Below are positions 42,653 to 52,884 of a DNA stretch of 64,000 nt, in pieces; the first letter of the stretch is position 1; the number at the start of each line of letters is the position of its first letter. The notes beneath the pieces are model-generated. The model was not told the DNA's origin. It saw only the letters and a program-made list of their open reading frames with translations, and did not search any database. Source of the stretch: Longimicrobiales bacterium. Its GTDB lineage: Bacteria; Gemmatimonadota; Gemmatimonadetes; Longimicrobiales; Gaopeijiaceae. Made by a program: the position numbers and the translations under genes. The stretch is taken from positions 1,824,001-1,888,000 of the forward strand of contig OZ250165.1 of assembly GCA_965238005.1 (NCBI GenBank). The letters are read 5' to 3'.

Positions 42653-45244
42653 GTGGGCAAGAACAGGCAACCTGGCAAGTCCCAATCGCCACCACCCGCC
42701 GCCCGGGGTTCCGGGGTCGGAGTGGACATACCAGCGTGGCTGCCTCCCGTCCTGTACGGGGCGGTTACCCTCTTTCTCTTTCGGGCGTTCGTCTTCTCCG
42801 ACGACATGCTGTACGGATCCGACACCGCGAGTCTGGGCTACATGGCGCGGGAGTTCTACGCCAACGCCGTGAAGGGGGGCGGGGGATTCCCCCTCTGGAA
42901 TCCCATCATCCTCGGCGGAACGCCGTTCATCGAGTCGCTAGCCGGAGGAGACTCCCTCTACCCGCCTAGCGCCATTCTCCTCTTCCTGTTGGATCCCCAC
43001 CGGGCCCTGGGTTGGAAGCTGGTATGGCACGTATTCTTCGCGGGCATCTTCATGTACGGGTGGATCCGGTGCCTGGGCCTTTCGCGGGCCTCGGCGCTTC
43101 TGGCGGGGCTGGCGTACGGACTGGCCCCCTTCATGGTGTCCCTGGTCCACGGGGGACAGGACGGGAAGATCTTCGTCATGTCCCTCACGCCACTGATGTT
43201 CTGGGCCACCGAATCGTTTTTTCTTCGGTCCACCTTGACCCGGTTCGCGATTCTCGGCCTGGTCATCGCCGGCATAATCCTCACGACGCACTTTCAGACC
43301 GCCTACTTCCTCTTCGGGGGAGTGGGGGCGTACGCCCTCTTTCGAACCCTCCAGCTGTGGCGCCAGGGCAGCGCCGAGGGCAGGAACGTCGAGGGCGAGG
43401 GCGAGGACGCGGGTGTCGACCGCGACGGAGCCCACATCTCGCAGCGTGGCAGGGGCGGTGGGTGGGCCTTCGCCCGCTTCGGTGCCTTCCTCTTGGCGGC
43501 CGTGCTCGGTGCCGGCATCTCCGCAATCCAGCTTCTTCCGGCCGGCTCGTACGTGGTGGATCACTCGCGCCGGACCTCCACCACCACGCAGGCGGAGGGT
43601 CAGGAGGCCGTCGCCTACTCCAGCTCGTGGTCCCTCCACCCTGAAGAGATCGCGGGACTGGTGGTCCCGGAGTTCGTCGGGGTGTCGACGGCCGATGCCC
43701 CCTGGGGCCAGAACACCTATTGGGGACGGAACCCGTTCAAGGGGAATCACGAGTACGGAGGACTCGTGGTCCTCCTTCTGGCGGGTGTCTCCTTCTTTGG
43801 TGGCGCACGCAAGCCTCTGCGCTACTTCCTGGTCGGGCTCGGAAGCTTCGCCCTTCTCTACTGTCTGGGAAGCCATACGCCAGTGTGGCGGATCTTCTAC
43901 GAGCTCGTCCCGGGCATACGGCTGTTCCGGGCACCCTCCCTCGCCATCTTCCTCTTCGGCTTCAGCGCTGCGACGCTCATGGGCTTCGGGGTGGAGCGCA
44001 TGCTCGTGCTCTCGAGGGAGGGAAGCGAAGCCCAGTGGAGGCCGCCCGGTCGCTTCCTGTGGATCACGGCTGGAGTTCTGTTCCTCGGCCTTCTGTTGGC
44101 GGCCTCGGGCACGCTCACGAGCGCCTGGACCTCCGTCCTGTATCGGGACATTCCAACCCGATCCGTCCAGATCCTCAGCGATGCGGAGCTCTACATTCTC
44201 AGGGGCTTCATGGTGGCCGTCCTCCTCGCCACGGCGACGTCCGGCATCGCCTGGGGACTCCGAACCGCTCGACTGGCACCGGTGGGAGCCATCGTCGCTC
44301 TGGTGCTTCTGATCGCCGGAGACCTCATCCGGGTCGATACCGCCTTCATCCGGGCGACAGACTTCGAGGCCTTCCGCAGTGCGGATCCCAACATCGACAT
44401 GCTTCTGGAACGGCAGCGCACCGAGGAGCCTTTCCGGGTCTTCTCCCTACAGGGCCTCAATGGCCAGGACGTGCGACCCGGGATGTTCGGCCTCGAGCTT
44501 GCGGGAGGGCATCACCCTAACGACCTGGCCCGGTACCGGGACGTCATCGGGATGGTGGGGAGCAGCCTTCCGGTGAACCTGGTCAGCTCCGCCAACGTTC
44601 TACGCATCTTGAACGTCCGATACATCCTGTGGCCAGATCAGCTGGGCACACCCGAAGGCCAGGGACTGCCTGCGGCCATCACGGACGACCTGGAGCGCAT
44701 CAGCCAGATGACCATCGGCGGCCGTCCCTACGAATCGGTCTACCGCTTCACGGATCTCCCCCGAGCCCGGCTCGTGGGCGAAGCCGTGGTTATCGCCGAT
44801 GACCAGGCCGCGCCCTTCATCCTAAGCGAGAGCTTCGACCCGGCCATGCAGGTAGTCCTCGACGCCCCCCCGCCCATCGAGCTTTCCGGTGAACCCATCG
44901 AGGGCTCCGTCGAGTGGCTCGAGCGCGGCAACAACCGCATGCGCCTCCGGGTGACTGCCGACCGTGCAGGGCTTCTGGTGCTAGCAGACAACTGGTTCCC
45001 CGCATGGAGGGCCCGGGTGGGCGACGATGACGCCCCCGTCCTAAGGGCGAATCACACGCTGAGGGCCGTACCGGTGCCGGCCGGCCAACACGAGGTCGAG
45101 CTCTTCTACGAGTCCCGGCAGCTCACGTGGAGCCTCCGGCTCACGATCCTGAGCCTGGTGCTGGTCTCCGTACTCCCTGGGGTGGATTGGATGCGGAGCC
45201 GCCGCCGCGGGGGAGACGAGCCCTTTGCAGAAGTTCACGAATGA
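42653..45244 (+). CDS. YfhO-like multi-pass membrane protein (GT-C type)
   Basis: PLWNP....G.P, many transmembrane segments, C-terminal LVLADNWFPAWRA.V......RAN..LRAV.VPAG.H.V. Confidence 0.85.
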   Translation: MGKNRQPGKSQSPPPAARGSGVGVDIPAWLPPVLYGAVTLFLFRAFVFSDDMLYGSDTASLGYMAREFYANAVKGGGGFPLWNPIILGGTPFIESLAGGDSLYPPSAILLFLLDPHRALGWKLVWHVFFAGIFMYGWIRCLGLSRASALLAGLAYGLAPFMVSLVHGGQDGKIFVMSLTPLMFWATESFFLRSTLTRFAILGLVIAGIILTTHFQTAYFLFGGVGAYALFRTLQLWRQGSAEGRNVEGEGEDAGVDRDGAHISQRGRGGGWAFARFGAFLLAAVLGAGISAIQLLPAGSYVVDHSRRTSTTTQAEGQEAVAYSSSWSLHPEEIAGLVVPEFVGVSTADAPWGQNTYWGRNPFKGNHEYGGLVVLLLAGVSFFGGARKPLRYFLVGLGSFALLYCLGSHTPVWRIFYELVPGIRLFRAPSLAIFLFGFSAATLMGFGVERMLVLSREGSEAQWRPPGRFLWITAGVLFLGLLLAASGTLTSAWTSVLYRDIPTRSVQILSDAELYILRGFMVAVLLATATSGIAWGLRTARLAPVGAIVALVLLIAGDLIRVDTAFIRATDFEAFRSADPNIDMLLERQRTEEPFRVFSLQGLNGQDVRPGMFGLELAGGHHPNDLARYRDVIGMVGSSLPVNLVSSANVLRILNVRYILWPDQLGTPEGQGLPAAITDDLERISQMTIGGRPYESVYRFTDLPRARLVGEAVVIADDQAAPFILSESFDPAMQVVLDAPPPIELSGEPIEGSVEWLERGNNRMRLRVTADRAGLLVLADNWFPAWRARVGDDDAPVLRANHTLRAVPVPAGQHEVELFYESRQLTWSLRLTILSLVLVSVLPGVDWMRSRRRGGDEPFAEVHE

Positions 45245-46188
45245 AGAAGGCGGGGGCGCGGCTCCTCCAGATCGGCCTCACGGTCGTCGTCACCTGGTTC
45301 ATCCTGGACCGTGTGGGTATCGACGTAGCCGCCCTCAGGAGTCTGGACCCGGGCGGGTGGAGGCCCAACCTCCTCATCCTGATCTCCTCGTGCATGGTGC
45401 TGCTCGCCGGCTACCTCGTCTCGGGGGCCATCTGGGGGCACATCGTTCGTGACCTGGGAGGCCCCACTCTGCCCGCCCTGACGTCGATGCGGCTCTTCAT
45501 GGTGGCCAACCTCGGACGATACGTGCCGGGCAAGGTCTGGCAGATCGCGGGGCTGGCTTACCTGGCGAAGGGCGAGGGCGTCTCGGGAGGTGTGGCCACG
45601 GGGGCGGCAGTCCTGGGGCAGGGGGTGGCGCTCCTGGCCGCCTCCCTCCTGGGCCTCGGCACGCTGTTCGGGCCCACCGAAGTTTGGCGTCGATTCGGGT
45701 GGATGGGCCTCGTTGGCGGTGTCACCATCGCCGTGGTCATCATCGCCCTCGTCACCGTCCCTTCTCTCTTTCGGCTCGTCGTCGGCCTCTGGTGTCGGCT
45801 GACGCGCACGGTCCCCCCGGAGAACCCGCGGGACGAGAGGAACGTGGGTCTCCGCTGGCTCGCCCTGTACGTGATCAACTGGGGCATCTACACGACCGCG
45901 TTTTGGTTATTTTACCTCAGCTTCGGCGAATGGAAGACGTTCATGCAGGTCGGCCCCGCCTTTGCTGCGGCATATGTCGCGGGGTACCTTGCCGTGGTCG
46001 CGCCCGCCGGAGCGGGCATACGTGAGGGCTTTCTGGTCGTTCTGCTACAGCCGACCATGGGCGAGGAAGCAGCACTGGTCCTTGCGCTGCTGGCGCGCGT
46101 CTGGACCACCGCCGTGGAGCTCGTGCCGGCGGCCCTCTTCGCCGCGATACACACTCGATCGTCGAGCTCCGGACAGACCGCTACGTGA
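45241..46188 (+). CDS. Lysylphosphatidylglycerol-synthase-TM (UPF0104) flippase-like protein
   Basis: NLGRYVPGKVW and APAGAGIRE motifs; multiple transmembrane segments. Confidence 0.8.
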   Translation: MKKAGARLLQIGLTVVVTWFILDRVGIDVAALRSLDPGGWRPNLLILISSCMVLLAGYLVSGAIWGHIVRDLGGPTLPALTSMRLFMVANLGRYVPGKVWQIAGLAYLAKGEGVSGGVATGAAVLGQGVALLAASLLGLGTLFGPTEVWRRFGWMGLVGGVTIAVVIIALVTVPSLFRLVVGLWCRLTRTVPPENPRDERNVGLRWLALYVINWGIYTTAFWLFYLSFGEWKTFMQVGPAFAAAYVAGYLAVVAPAGAGIREGFLVVLLQPTMGEEAALVLALLARVWTTAVELVPAALFAAIHTRSSSSGQTAT

Positions 46189-46916
46189 CCGACCCGACCG
46201 CACGCTTCCTCGTGGTCATCCCCACGTTCAACGAGGCGGACAACCTGCCGCGGATCGTGCCTCTCGTTCTGAATCAGGACCCCAGGATCGACGTGCTGGT
46301 GGTGGACGACGACTCGCCCGACGGCACCGGGGACCTGGCGGACGATCTGGCCGACGAGCTGGATCGGGTGCACGTCCTGCACCGGTCGGGTAAACAGGGG
46401 CTGGGGCGGGCCTATCTGGAGGCCTTCCGCTGGGGCCTGGACCGCGACTATACCCTCTTCTTCGAGATGGACGCCGACTTCTCCCACGAGCCCGACGCTT
46501 TGCCCGAGTTCATCGAGAAGGCGAAAGAGTTTGACGTCGTCCTCGGCTCGCGCTACGTCGACGGGCGCGTCACGGTCATCAACTGGCCCATGAGCCGCCT
46601 GCTCATCAGCTATTTCGGCAGCCGGTACGCCCGCATCGTCACGGGCCTCCCCGTCCGTGACGCTACGGGCGGCTTCAACTGCTGGCGGCGCGAAGTCCTG
46701 GAGGCTCTGGACTTCCATCGGATCGAGTCCAACGGATACACCTTTCAGATCGAGCTCAAGCTCCGAGCGTGGCGCCGGGGATTCTCCATGATCGAGATAC
46801 CGATCATCTTCGCCGAGCGCGATTCAGGGGAATCGAAGATGTCGAAGGAGATCGTTCGAGAGGCGATCTGGAAGGTCTGGCAGCTCCGCTTCCTGGACCT
46901 CTTCGGTCGGTTGTAG
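46185..46916 (+). CDS. Polyprenol monophosphomannose synthase-like GT2
   Basis: IPTFNE, VDDDSPDGTG, KQGLG.AY, EMDADFSH, D.TGGF, GESKMS. Confidence 0.92.
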   Translation: MTDPTARFLVVIPTFNEADNLPRIVPLVLNQDPRIDVLVVDDDSPDGTGDLADDLADELDRVHVLHRSGKQGLGRAYLEAFRWGLDRDYTLFFEMDADFSHEPDALPEFIEKAKEFDVVLGSRYVDGRVTVINWPMSRLLISYFGSRYARIVTGLPVRDATGGFNCWRREVLEALDFHRIESNGYTFQIELKLRAWRRGFSMIEIPIIFAERDSGESKMSKEIVREAIWKVWQLRFLDLFGRL

Positions 46917-47325
46917 AAGGCTGTTGAGGAAGTACAGTGGGCCGCGCGACCCACGCCTTCCGGCGTGGGGGCCCCGCGCTTGCGCGCGTTCAGGCAAAGA
47001 GCGACGACGAGTCGTAGCCGAGCTACTGCGGGGAGGAGAGACGCAGGATTAACCGCGCGGGCACCGCGGCCGAAGGTTGTGGTCGCCCTGTGCCCAACAC
47101 AATGTCGATATGAACTTACATGTTCGTGGGTTGCGGTGGCACGCCCCCGACCACGCGTCGCGCGGTGCCCCCGTTGTTGGAGCTCCTAACCGTAGCGACG
47201 GCTATGGCGTCGTCGCTCCGACCCACGCTGTCGCGCGGGTACCCCGGATCTGGGGCCGTGGCATCCCGGGTACCCGTGCGGTAGCACGGGTGGCGGCCCG
47301 CTGTACTTCCTCAACAGCCTTCTAG
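46914..47325. mobile_element. MITE-like palindromic element 6
   Basis: 32-bp inverted repeat TAGAAGGCTGTTGAGGAAGTACAGTGGGCCGC / GCGGCCCGCTGTACTTCCTCAACAGCCTTCTA (31/32); fills the whole intergenic space from the TAG stop to the GTG start. Confidence 0.85.
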
Positions 47326-47945
47326 TGCCCATCCAGCACCTACTCTACCGCTGCCCTCGGTGCGGCCACGATCCGACGACGGCAACCGACGAGGGCGCCC
47401 AGTGCGACTCCTGTGGAACCTCGTTCGAGCAGGGAAGGGCCTCGGTCGTTCTCGTGCGCTCCGCCGACGGAGAGGTGGAAGAAGCCTCGGTCCGCGCTCT
47501 CATGGATGCCATCGACGGGCTGGGCGGGGCGTCGTCCAGGGCTTTGGACCACGGGGGTCGGCTGTCCTACGAGGCCCGCGTGGCCGTGGCCCACGGAGAT
47601 CACCACCAGGTCGTGTGGTGGAAGGGAAGGGTCCTGGGCTTCTTCGAGCGGCTCACAAAGCGCCGAGAGGCGACCCTCCGGCTCGACGGCGAAGACCTGA
47701 CCGTCACCTCGACGGGATGGGAGCCTCTCGTCTGGCCACTGGAGAGCATCCTGGCCATCCAAATCAGCTCCAAGGCCATTCAGCTCAACATCCGAGGTGT
47801 CGGGCTCTACCAGATGGAGTTTCTGAACGACTCCCCGAGGCGCTGGGAAGAGTTGCTGCAGGCGGCCATGCGCCGCTTTTACGCGAAGCTCGGCGAGGAA
47901 ATAGTAGAGTTTCAACCCAGAATCGTGACGAGGCCTTCATCGTGA
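47325..47945 (+). CDS. Hypothetical zinc-ribbon protein
   Basis: LYRCPRCG...CDSCG; coding-like ORF in operon context. Confidence 0.7.
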   Translation: MPIQHLLYRCPRCGHDPTTATDEGAQCDSCGTSFEQGRASVVLVRSADGEVEEASVRALMDAIDGLGGASSRALDHGGRLSYEARVAVAHGDHHQVVWWKGRVLGFFERLTKRREATLRLDGEDLTVTSTGWEPLVWPLESILAIQISSKAIQLNIRGVGLYQMEFLNDSPRRWEELLQAAMRRFYAKLGEEIVEFQPRIVTRPSS

Positions 47946-47976
47946 CGATCCGCCGGCGCTCGACGGAGCGGCTTCC

Positions 47977-48606
47977 GTGATCGTCTACCGCGCCGCCCGC
48001 GCGATCGCGAAGGTCTACTTCAGGGCGATCACGAAGCTCCGGTTCGAGGGGACGGACAACCTGCCCAAGGAGGGGGAGTTCCTCCTGGTGACGAATCATC
48101 AGAGCAACCTCGACCCCTTACTCCTGCACACGTACTGCCCACGCCTCCTCTTCACCATGACTAAGAGCTCGGCGTTCCGGCACCGCGTCATGCGCTGGAT
48201 CGAACCCCGGGTGGGGGCGTTCCCCACGCGTCGCTATCAGGTGGATCCCCAGGCCGTTCGCGTCGCCCTTCGCTATCTCGAGGAGGGCAAGGCCGTTGGC
48301 GTCTTTCCGGAAGGGGAGCGTTCTTGGGACGCCAAGTTGCGGAGGCTGCGCCCCGGCGCCGTGCGCCTCCTCCTCAAGGCGGGCGTTCCGGTCATTCCCT
48401 GCGGCATCGTGGGCACATACGAGGTATGGCCACGCTGGGGAAGCATGAACTGGCTCAGGATCGGCCCGGGGCGGCCTCCGATCACGATTCGGTACGGCGA
48501 GCCGCTGCACTTCGGCAAGCACGACCATCGGGCGAGTCGTGAGGCAGCTCTTCCGGAGGCGACCAGAAGGGTCGAGGAAGCCCTCCTAGCCCTCATGACA
48601 CCATGA
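47977..48606 (+). CDS. Lysophospholipid acyltransferase (PlsC-like)
   Basis: NHQSNLD (HxxxxD), FPEGERS, PVIP. Confidence 0.93.
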   Translation: MIVYRAARAIAKVYFRAITKLRFEGTDNLPKEGEFLLVTNHQSNLDPLLLHTYCPRLLFTMTKSSAFRHRVMRWIEPRVGAFPTRRYQVDPQAVRVALRYLEEGKAVGVFPEGERSWDAKLRRLRPGAVRLLLKAGVPVIPCGIVGTYEVWPRWGSMNWLRIGPGRPPITIRYGEPLHFGKHDHRASREAALPEATRRVEEALLALMTP

Positions 48607-49099
48607 GCGAAGACCGGATCGGCCGGGAGTTCTACGACCGGACCGACCATTTCGAGGAGGGAACGGAGCACCTCAGGGATCTCGAGAGTCCGTTTCAGCG
48701 CTACCGCGTGGACAAGGTCCTCCAGATCTACGAACCGGGAAGGGAAGAGCGCGTTCTGGACCTCGGATGTGGATGGGGCACCTTCTGTTGGGCTCTGGCA
48801 CACCGCCTGCGGGAGATGGTCGGCCTGGACTTCAGCCAGAGGAGAGGAGCATCAACCTCTGCGAATCCGGGCTCGCCGCCTCGGGTCTGAAGAACGTCAC
48901 GTTCGTTTGCGCCGATGCTCGCGATACGGGCCTCGAGCCCGACAGCTTCCATCTCATCATCGCCGCCGACCTGATGGAGCACCTCTATCCCGACGACAGC
49001 CGGGCCGTGATCGCAGAAGCGCACAGGCTCCTGAAGAGGGCAGCGACTCGCATCCCCATGCTCCGGAGGCGCATGGCAGTCCTGGCTCGGAAGCCCTGA
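48603..49099 (+). pseudogene. Class I SAM-dependent methyltransferase, frameshifted and apparently C-terminally truncated
   Basis: VLDLGCGWG in one frame and F.CADA..DSF......DLMEHL in another; AGAGG duplicated at 48838-48847. Confidence 0.8.
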
Positions 49100-49191
49100 T
49101 CGTCGCACTTTGACGCACTGGAGGTCCGGTGGTCCCGCGGCAAGGTGCCGCAACGGCTCCGGCTTCGATGCTCCCTGCACGGAGGCTCGGC

Positions 49192-50925
49192 ATGGCTAGG
49201 GGTTGGTCCATTCTATCGGCGGTGCTCGTCCTTCTCTCCGTACCTGGCGGAACCGGAGCCCAGGAGAGCTTCGACCTCCTCATTCGCGGGGGTCGGGTCA
49301 TTGACGGCACGGGCAACCCGTGGTTCTACGCCGACGTGGGGATTCGGGACGGGAGAATCGTGGCGGTGGGGCCCCTCACCAACGCGATGGCCACTCGTGT
49401 GCTCAACGCCGAAGGAAAGGTCGTGACGCCCGGCTTCATCGATCTCCACTCGCACGCGGGGGACGAGGGCAGGGGCCCCTTCGCCCGACGAAGCCTCTCC
49501 GATGACGACCCCAGGAACCGGGCCGCCCCCAACATGGTCGCTCAGGGTGCAACCACCTTGGTGGTGAATCAGGACGGACGGTCACCCTGGCCCCTGGCGC
49601 GACAAAGGGCCGACTACGAGTCCAAAGGGATCGGGCCCAACGCGATCATGCTGGTGGGCCACGGGGCCGTGCGAAGTCAGGTCATGGGGGACGACTACCG
49701 GCGAGCGGCGACGGCCGACGAGACGCGAGCCATGCGAGCCCTGGTCAGCCAGGGCATGGAAGAGGGCGCCTTCGGGATGAGTGGTGGGCACGAGTACGCA
49801 CCCATGATCTGGTCCACCACCGACGAGATCGTCGAGCTGGTAAGCGCAGTGGGTCCCTACAATGGGGTCTACATAGTCCACGAGCGGAGCTCGGGCCCCG
49901 AGCCCATGTGGTGGTGGCCCAGCCAGGATGAGCCCGGAGCTCCGTCCATGCTGGACTCGGTCATCGAGACCATCGAGGTAGCGGAGCGAACGGGTGTCGC
50001 CTCGGTCCAGACCCACATCAAGGTCCGGGGGGCCCACTATTGGGGCTCTAGCGGAGCCCTCATCCAGCTCATCGGCCGAGCCCGAGAGCGCGGGGTCAAC
50101 ATCTGGGCGGACGCCTATTCGTACAACACCACCGGGAGCGACGGACAGACCGTGCTGATCCCGCCGTGGGTCCGGCAGATCGCAGAGCGGCGGGAGGCGG
50201 AGACTCCCGACTACTCCGCCACCCTGAGACGGCTCCTGGAGCAGCCGGACACGGCCGCGATGATTCGTGTGGACGTGGCCCACGAGATCCGACGCAGGGG
50301 GGATGCAGAGAACCTGCTCATTCTCGAGCATCCGCAGCCCGGCATGGTCGGACGCACGATCCGGGAGCTGGCCACCGAGCGGGGAGTAGACCCGGTACAG
50401 ATGGGGATTCTCCTTCAGCTCGAGGGCGATCCCGCGCGACCCGGCGGGGCGCTGCTCCGGGGATTCTCCCTCTCAGAGGGCGATCTCGAGGCCTTCTACC
50501 GCCAGTCATGGGTGGCCACGGCCAGCGACGCGGGCATCACCATGCCGGGCGACGGCCCCACCCATCCCCGGTACTACGGCACGTTTCCCAGGAAAATCCG
50601 TAGGTTCGCGCTCGAGAAGGGGACCGTGAGCGTAGAGGGTGCCATTCGCTCCATGACGTCGCTTCCGGCGCAGATCCTTGGACTTCGGGACCGAGGGCTG
50701 ATCCGTGAAGGGCAGTGGGCGGACGTGGTGATCCTGGATTTGGAGAACATCCGTGACATGGCCACACCACTCGAGCCGCACCAGTACGCCGAAGGGATCG
50801 ATCACGTTCTGGTCAACGGCAATTTCGTCATCGAGAACGGCACCCACACCTGGAATCTGCCGGGGGTGGTCATCACGCCCGAAAGCCGGGGCCAACGCCC
50901 GGTGATGCAGGGTATGGGCGGGTGA
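49192..50925 (+). CDS. Secreted N-acyl-D-amino-acid deacylase family amidohydrolase
   Basis: Signal peptide, GGRVIDGTG, PGFIDLHSH, HPRYYGTFPR, RGLIREG.WADVV; start uncertain. Confidence 0.9.
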   Translation: MARGWSILSAVLVLLSVPGGTGAQESFDLLIRGGRVIDGTGNPWFYADVGIRDGRIVAVGPLTNAMATRVLNAEGKVVTPGFIDLHSHAGDEGRGPFARRSLSDDDPRNRAAPNMVAQGATTLVVNQDGRSPWPLARQRADYESKGIGPNAIMLVGHGAVRSQVMGDDYRRAATADETRAMRALVSQGMEEGAFGMSGGHEYAPMIWSTTDEIVELVSAVGPYNGVYIVHERSSGPEPMWWWPSQDEPGAPSMLDSVIETIEVAERTGVASVQTHIKVRGAHYWGSSGALIQLIGRARERGVNIWADAYSYNTTGSDGQTVLIPPWVRQIAERREAETPDYSATLRRLLEQPDTAAMIRVDVAHEIRRRGDAENLLILEHPQPGMVGRTIRELATERGVDPVQMGILLQLEGDPARPGGALLRGFSLSEGDLEAFYRQSWVATASDAGITMPGDGPTHPRYYGTFPRKIRRFALEKGTVSVEGAIRSMTSLPAQILGLRDRGLIREGQWADVVILDLENIRDMATPLEPHQYAEGIDHVLVNGNFVIENGTHTWNLPGVVITPESRGQRPVMQGMGG

Positions 50926-50946
50926 CGCCCGAAACGGAACCCACCA

Positions 50947-52137
50947 ATGGAGGCCACCATGAGGCATAGAGAATTGGGCCGAGACTCCGTTTCGGTGCGG
51001 CTGATGACGAAGGGCCCGGTGATGTGGAGCTGTTTGGTGGCCCTGATGGTCGGGCTTGTTGCCACACCTACTTTCGCCCGAGCGCAGGGTCCAGCGGCGC
51101 CCGCCGTCGGGATCGCCTCCACCTCCGACGAATACCGCTGGGCCATCGAAGACGCCCGGGCCATCGTGCGGGAGGTCATGGCCGAGTCCGGCATTCCCGG
51201 AGTCTCCGTGGCGGTGGGATTCCACGGTAGGGTAGTGTGGTCGGAAGGCTTCGGCCTTGCCGACCTGGAGCATTCCGTCCCCGTCACGACCCTGACCAAG
51301 TTTCGGGTCGGGAGCGTGTCCAAGCCCATCACGGCGGCGGCTCTGGGCCTCCTCATGCAAGCGGGGAATCTCGATCTGGATGCTCTGGTCCAGAACTACG
51401 TCCCCGACTTCCCGGAGAAGCGCTGGCCCATCACCGTGCGCCAAGTCGCCGGACATATCGCCGGAATTCGCCACTACCGGGGGAACGAGAACCTGAGGGC
51501 TCGTCGCTATTCGAGTGTCAGCGAGGGGCTGGACATCTTCGAGGACGATCCGCTGCTTTTCGAGCCGGGCACCCAGTACTCCTACTCGAGCTACGGATGG
51601 AACCTCCTTAGTGCGGTGGTGGAGGGCGCTTCTGGACGGGATTTCTTGAGCTTGATGCGGGATAGCGTCTTCGAGCCTCTCGAGATGCGTCACTCCCTGG
51701 CCGGGTACACCGACAGCATCGTCAGCGATCGCACGAGCTTCTATGAGCGAAATGGGGAGGGGACGGTCCTGAACGCCCCGTACGTCGACAACAGCTACAA
51801 GTGGGCCGGGGGAGGCTTCCTCTCCACGCCGGAGGATCTGGTCCGCTTCGGTTCAGCCCATATCGAGCCTGGCTTCCTCCAGGCGGAAACCCTTGAGGTG
51901 TTGTTTAGGTCACAACGGGTAAGCAGAGGAGAAACAACCAGTTATGGGATTGGATGGCGGACGCGAACCGACGAACAGGGGCAGCACATCGTGTCCCACG
52001 GCGGAGGGTCGGTGGGTGGCACCACCATGCTGATCGTCAACCGAGACAGCGGCCTCGTCGTGGCGGCCGTGGGAAACCTCTCCGGCGGTCCCATCAGTGA
52101 AATGGCACGAAGGATCGCCGTTGTCTTCAGTCGCTGA
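50947..52137 (+). CDS. Serine hydrolase of the beta-lactamase/AmpC superfamily, secreted
   Basis: GSVSK (SxxK), FEPGTQYSYSS, HGG; signal-like N-terminus; start uncertain. Confidence 0.9.
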   Translation: MEATMRHRELGRDSVSVRLMTKGPVMWSCLVALMVGLVATPTFARAQGPAAPAVGIASTSDEYRWAIEDARAIVREVMAESGIPGVSVAVGFHGRVVWSEGFGLADLEHSVPVTTLTKFRVGSVSKPITAAALGLLMQAGNLDLDALVQNYVPDFPEKRWPITVRQVAGHIAGIRHYRGNENLRARRYSSVSEGLDIFEDDPLLFEPGTQYSYSSYGWNLLSAVVEGASGRDFLSLMRDSVFEPLEMRHSLAGYTDSIVSDRTSFYERNGEGTVLNAPYVDNSYKWAGGGFLSTPEDLVRFGSAHIEPGFLQAETLEVLFRSQRVSRGETTSYGIGWRTRTDEQGQHIVSHGGGSVGGTTMLIVNRDSGLVVAAVGNLSGGPISEMARRIAVVFSR

Positions 52138-52198
52138 GGCGCCGTTGAAACGACCAATCTCCGGTGAGAGAGCTATGGGCTCTGGAGGTGGCCAAGGC

Positions 52199-52759
52199 AT
52201 GCCGAGGCGCGCGCGGTCTGGAGCCGCTCGGGTGGGGGCGTCGGCCGTCGTCGCCTCGCTCCTTCAGGCGTGTACACTGGTCGGGACCGCTCCCGCGGTT
52301 CCCAGCCCGGACGACGGCGTGAGCGTTCCTGTCTCCGGCGTGCCGGATGCAGTGCCCAGGGCCGAAGTGAAGACCCGGAGTGGCAATCCCGAGTCCTATG
52401 AGGTGGACGGGAAGGAGTACCACGTCCTCGACACCAGCAGGGGCTACAGACAGAGGGGTATCGCGTCGTGGTACGGACAGGCCTTCCACGGCCGGAGGAC
52501 CTCTTCGGGCGAGTCCTACGACATGTACCAGATGACGGCAGCCCACAAGACACTGCCACTGCCCACATACGTACGGGTCACCAACCTGGAGAACGGTCGC
52601 ACCGTCGTCCTGCGCGTGAACGACAGGGGGCCCTTCGTGGAGGGGCGGATCATCGACGTCTCGTACGTGGCCGCGCAGAGGCTCGGCATGGTCGGGAGCG
52701 GAACGGCTCAGGTCGAGGTGGCCGCGCTCGATCCACCCGCTCGGGATCCAGGTCTCTGA
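52199..52759 (+). CDS. rlpA: Septal ring lytic transglycosylase RlpA family lipoprotein
   Basis: Lipobox LQAC, GIASWYG, TAAHKTLP, VNDRGPF..GRIIDVS. Confidence 0.93.
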   Translation: MPRRARSGAARVGASAVVASLLQACTLVGTAPAVPSPDDGVSVPVSGVPDAVPRAEVKTRSGNPESYEVDGKEYHVLDTSRGYRQRGIASWYGQAFHGRRTSSGESYDMYQMTAAHKTLPLPTYVRVTNLENGRTVVLRVNDRGPFVEGRIIDVSYVAAQRLGMVGSGTAQVEVAALDPPARDPGL

Positions 52760-52884
52760 GAGAGCCCGGGGAAGGGTTCGGATCCGAGCATCTCGTAGGG
52801 CATCTCAGAAACGGGATCATGGGACTGAAGTCCTAACTTGTCCCGATGGGATGGCGTGGAGGGGATCGTTGGATTGAAGTAGTA

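Noticed and set aside
50947..52137. Antibiotic-resistance beta-lactamase
   Set aside because: It has SxxK but YSS and HGG rather than the YxN and KTG motifs of class C enzymes; a generic serine hydrolase is more likely.
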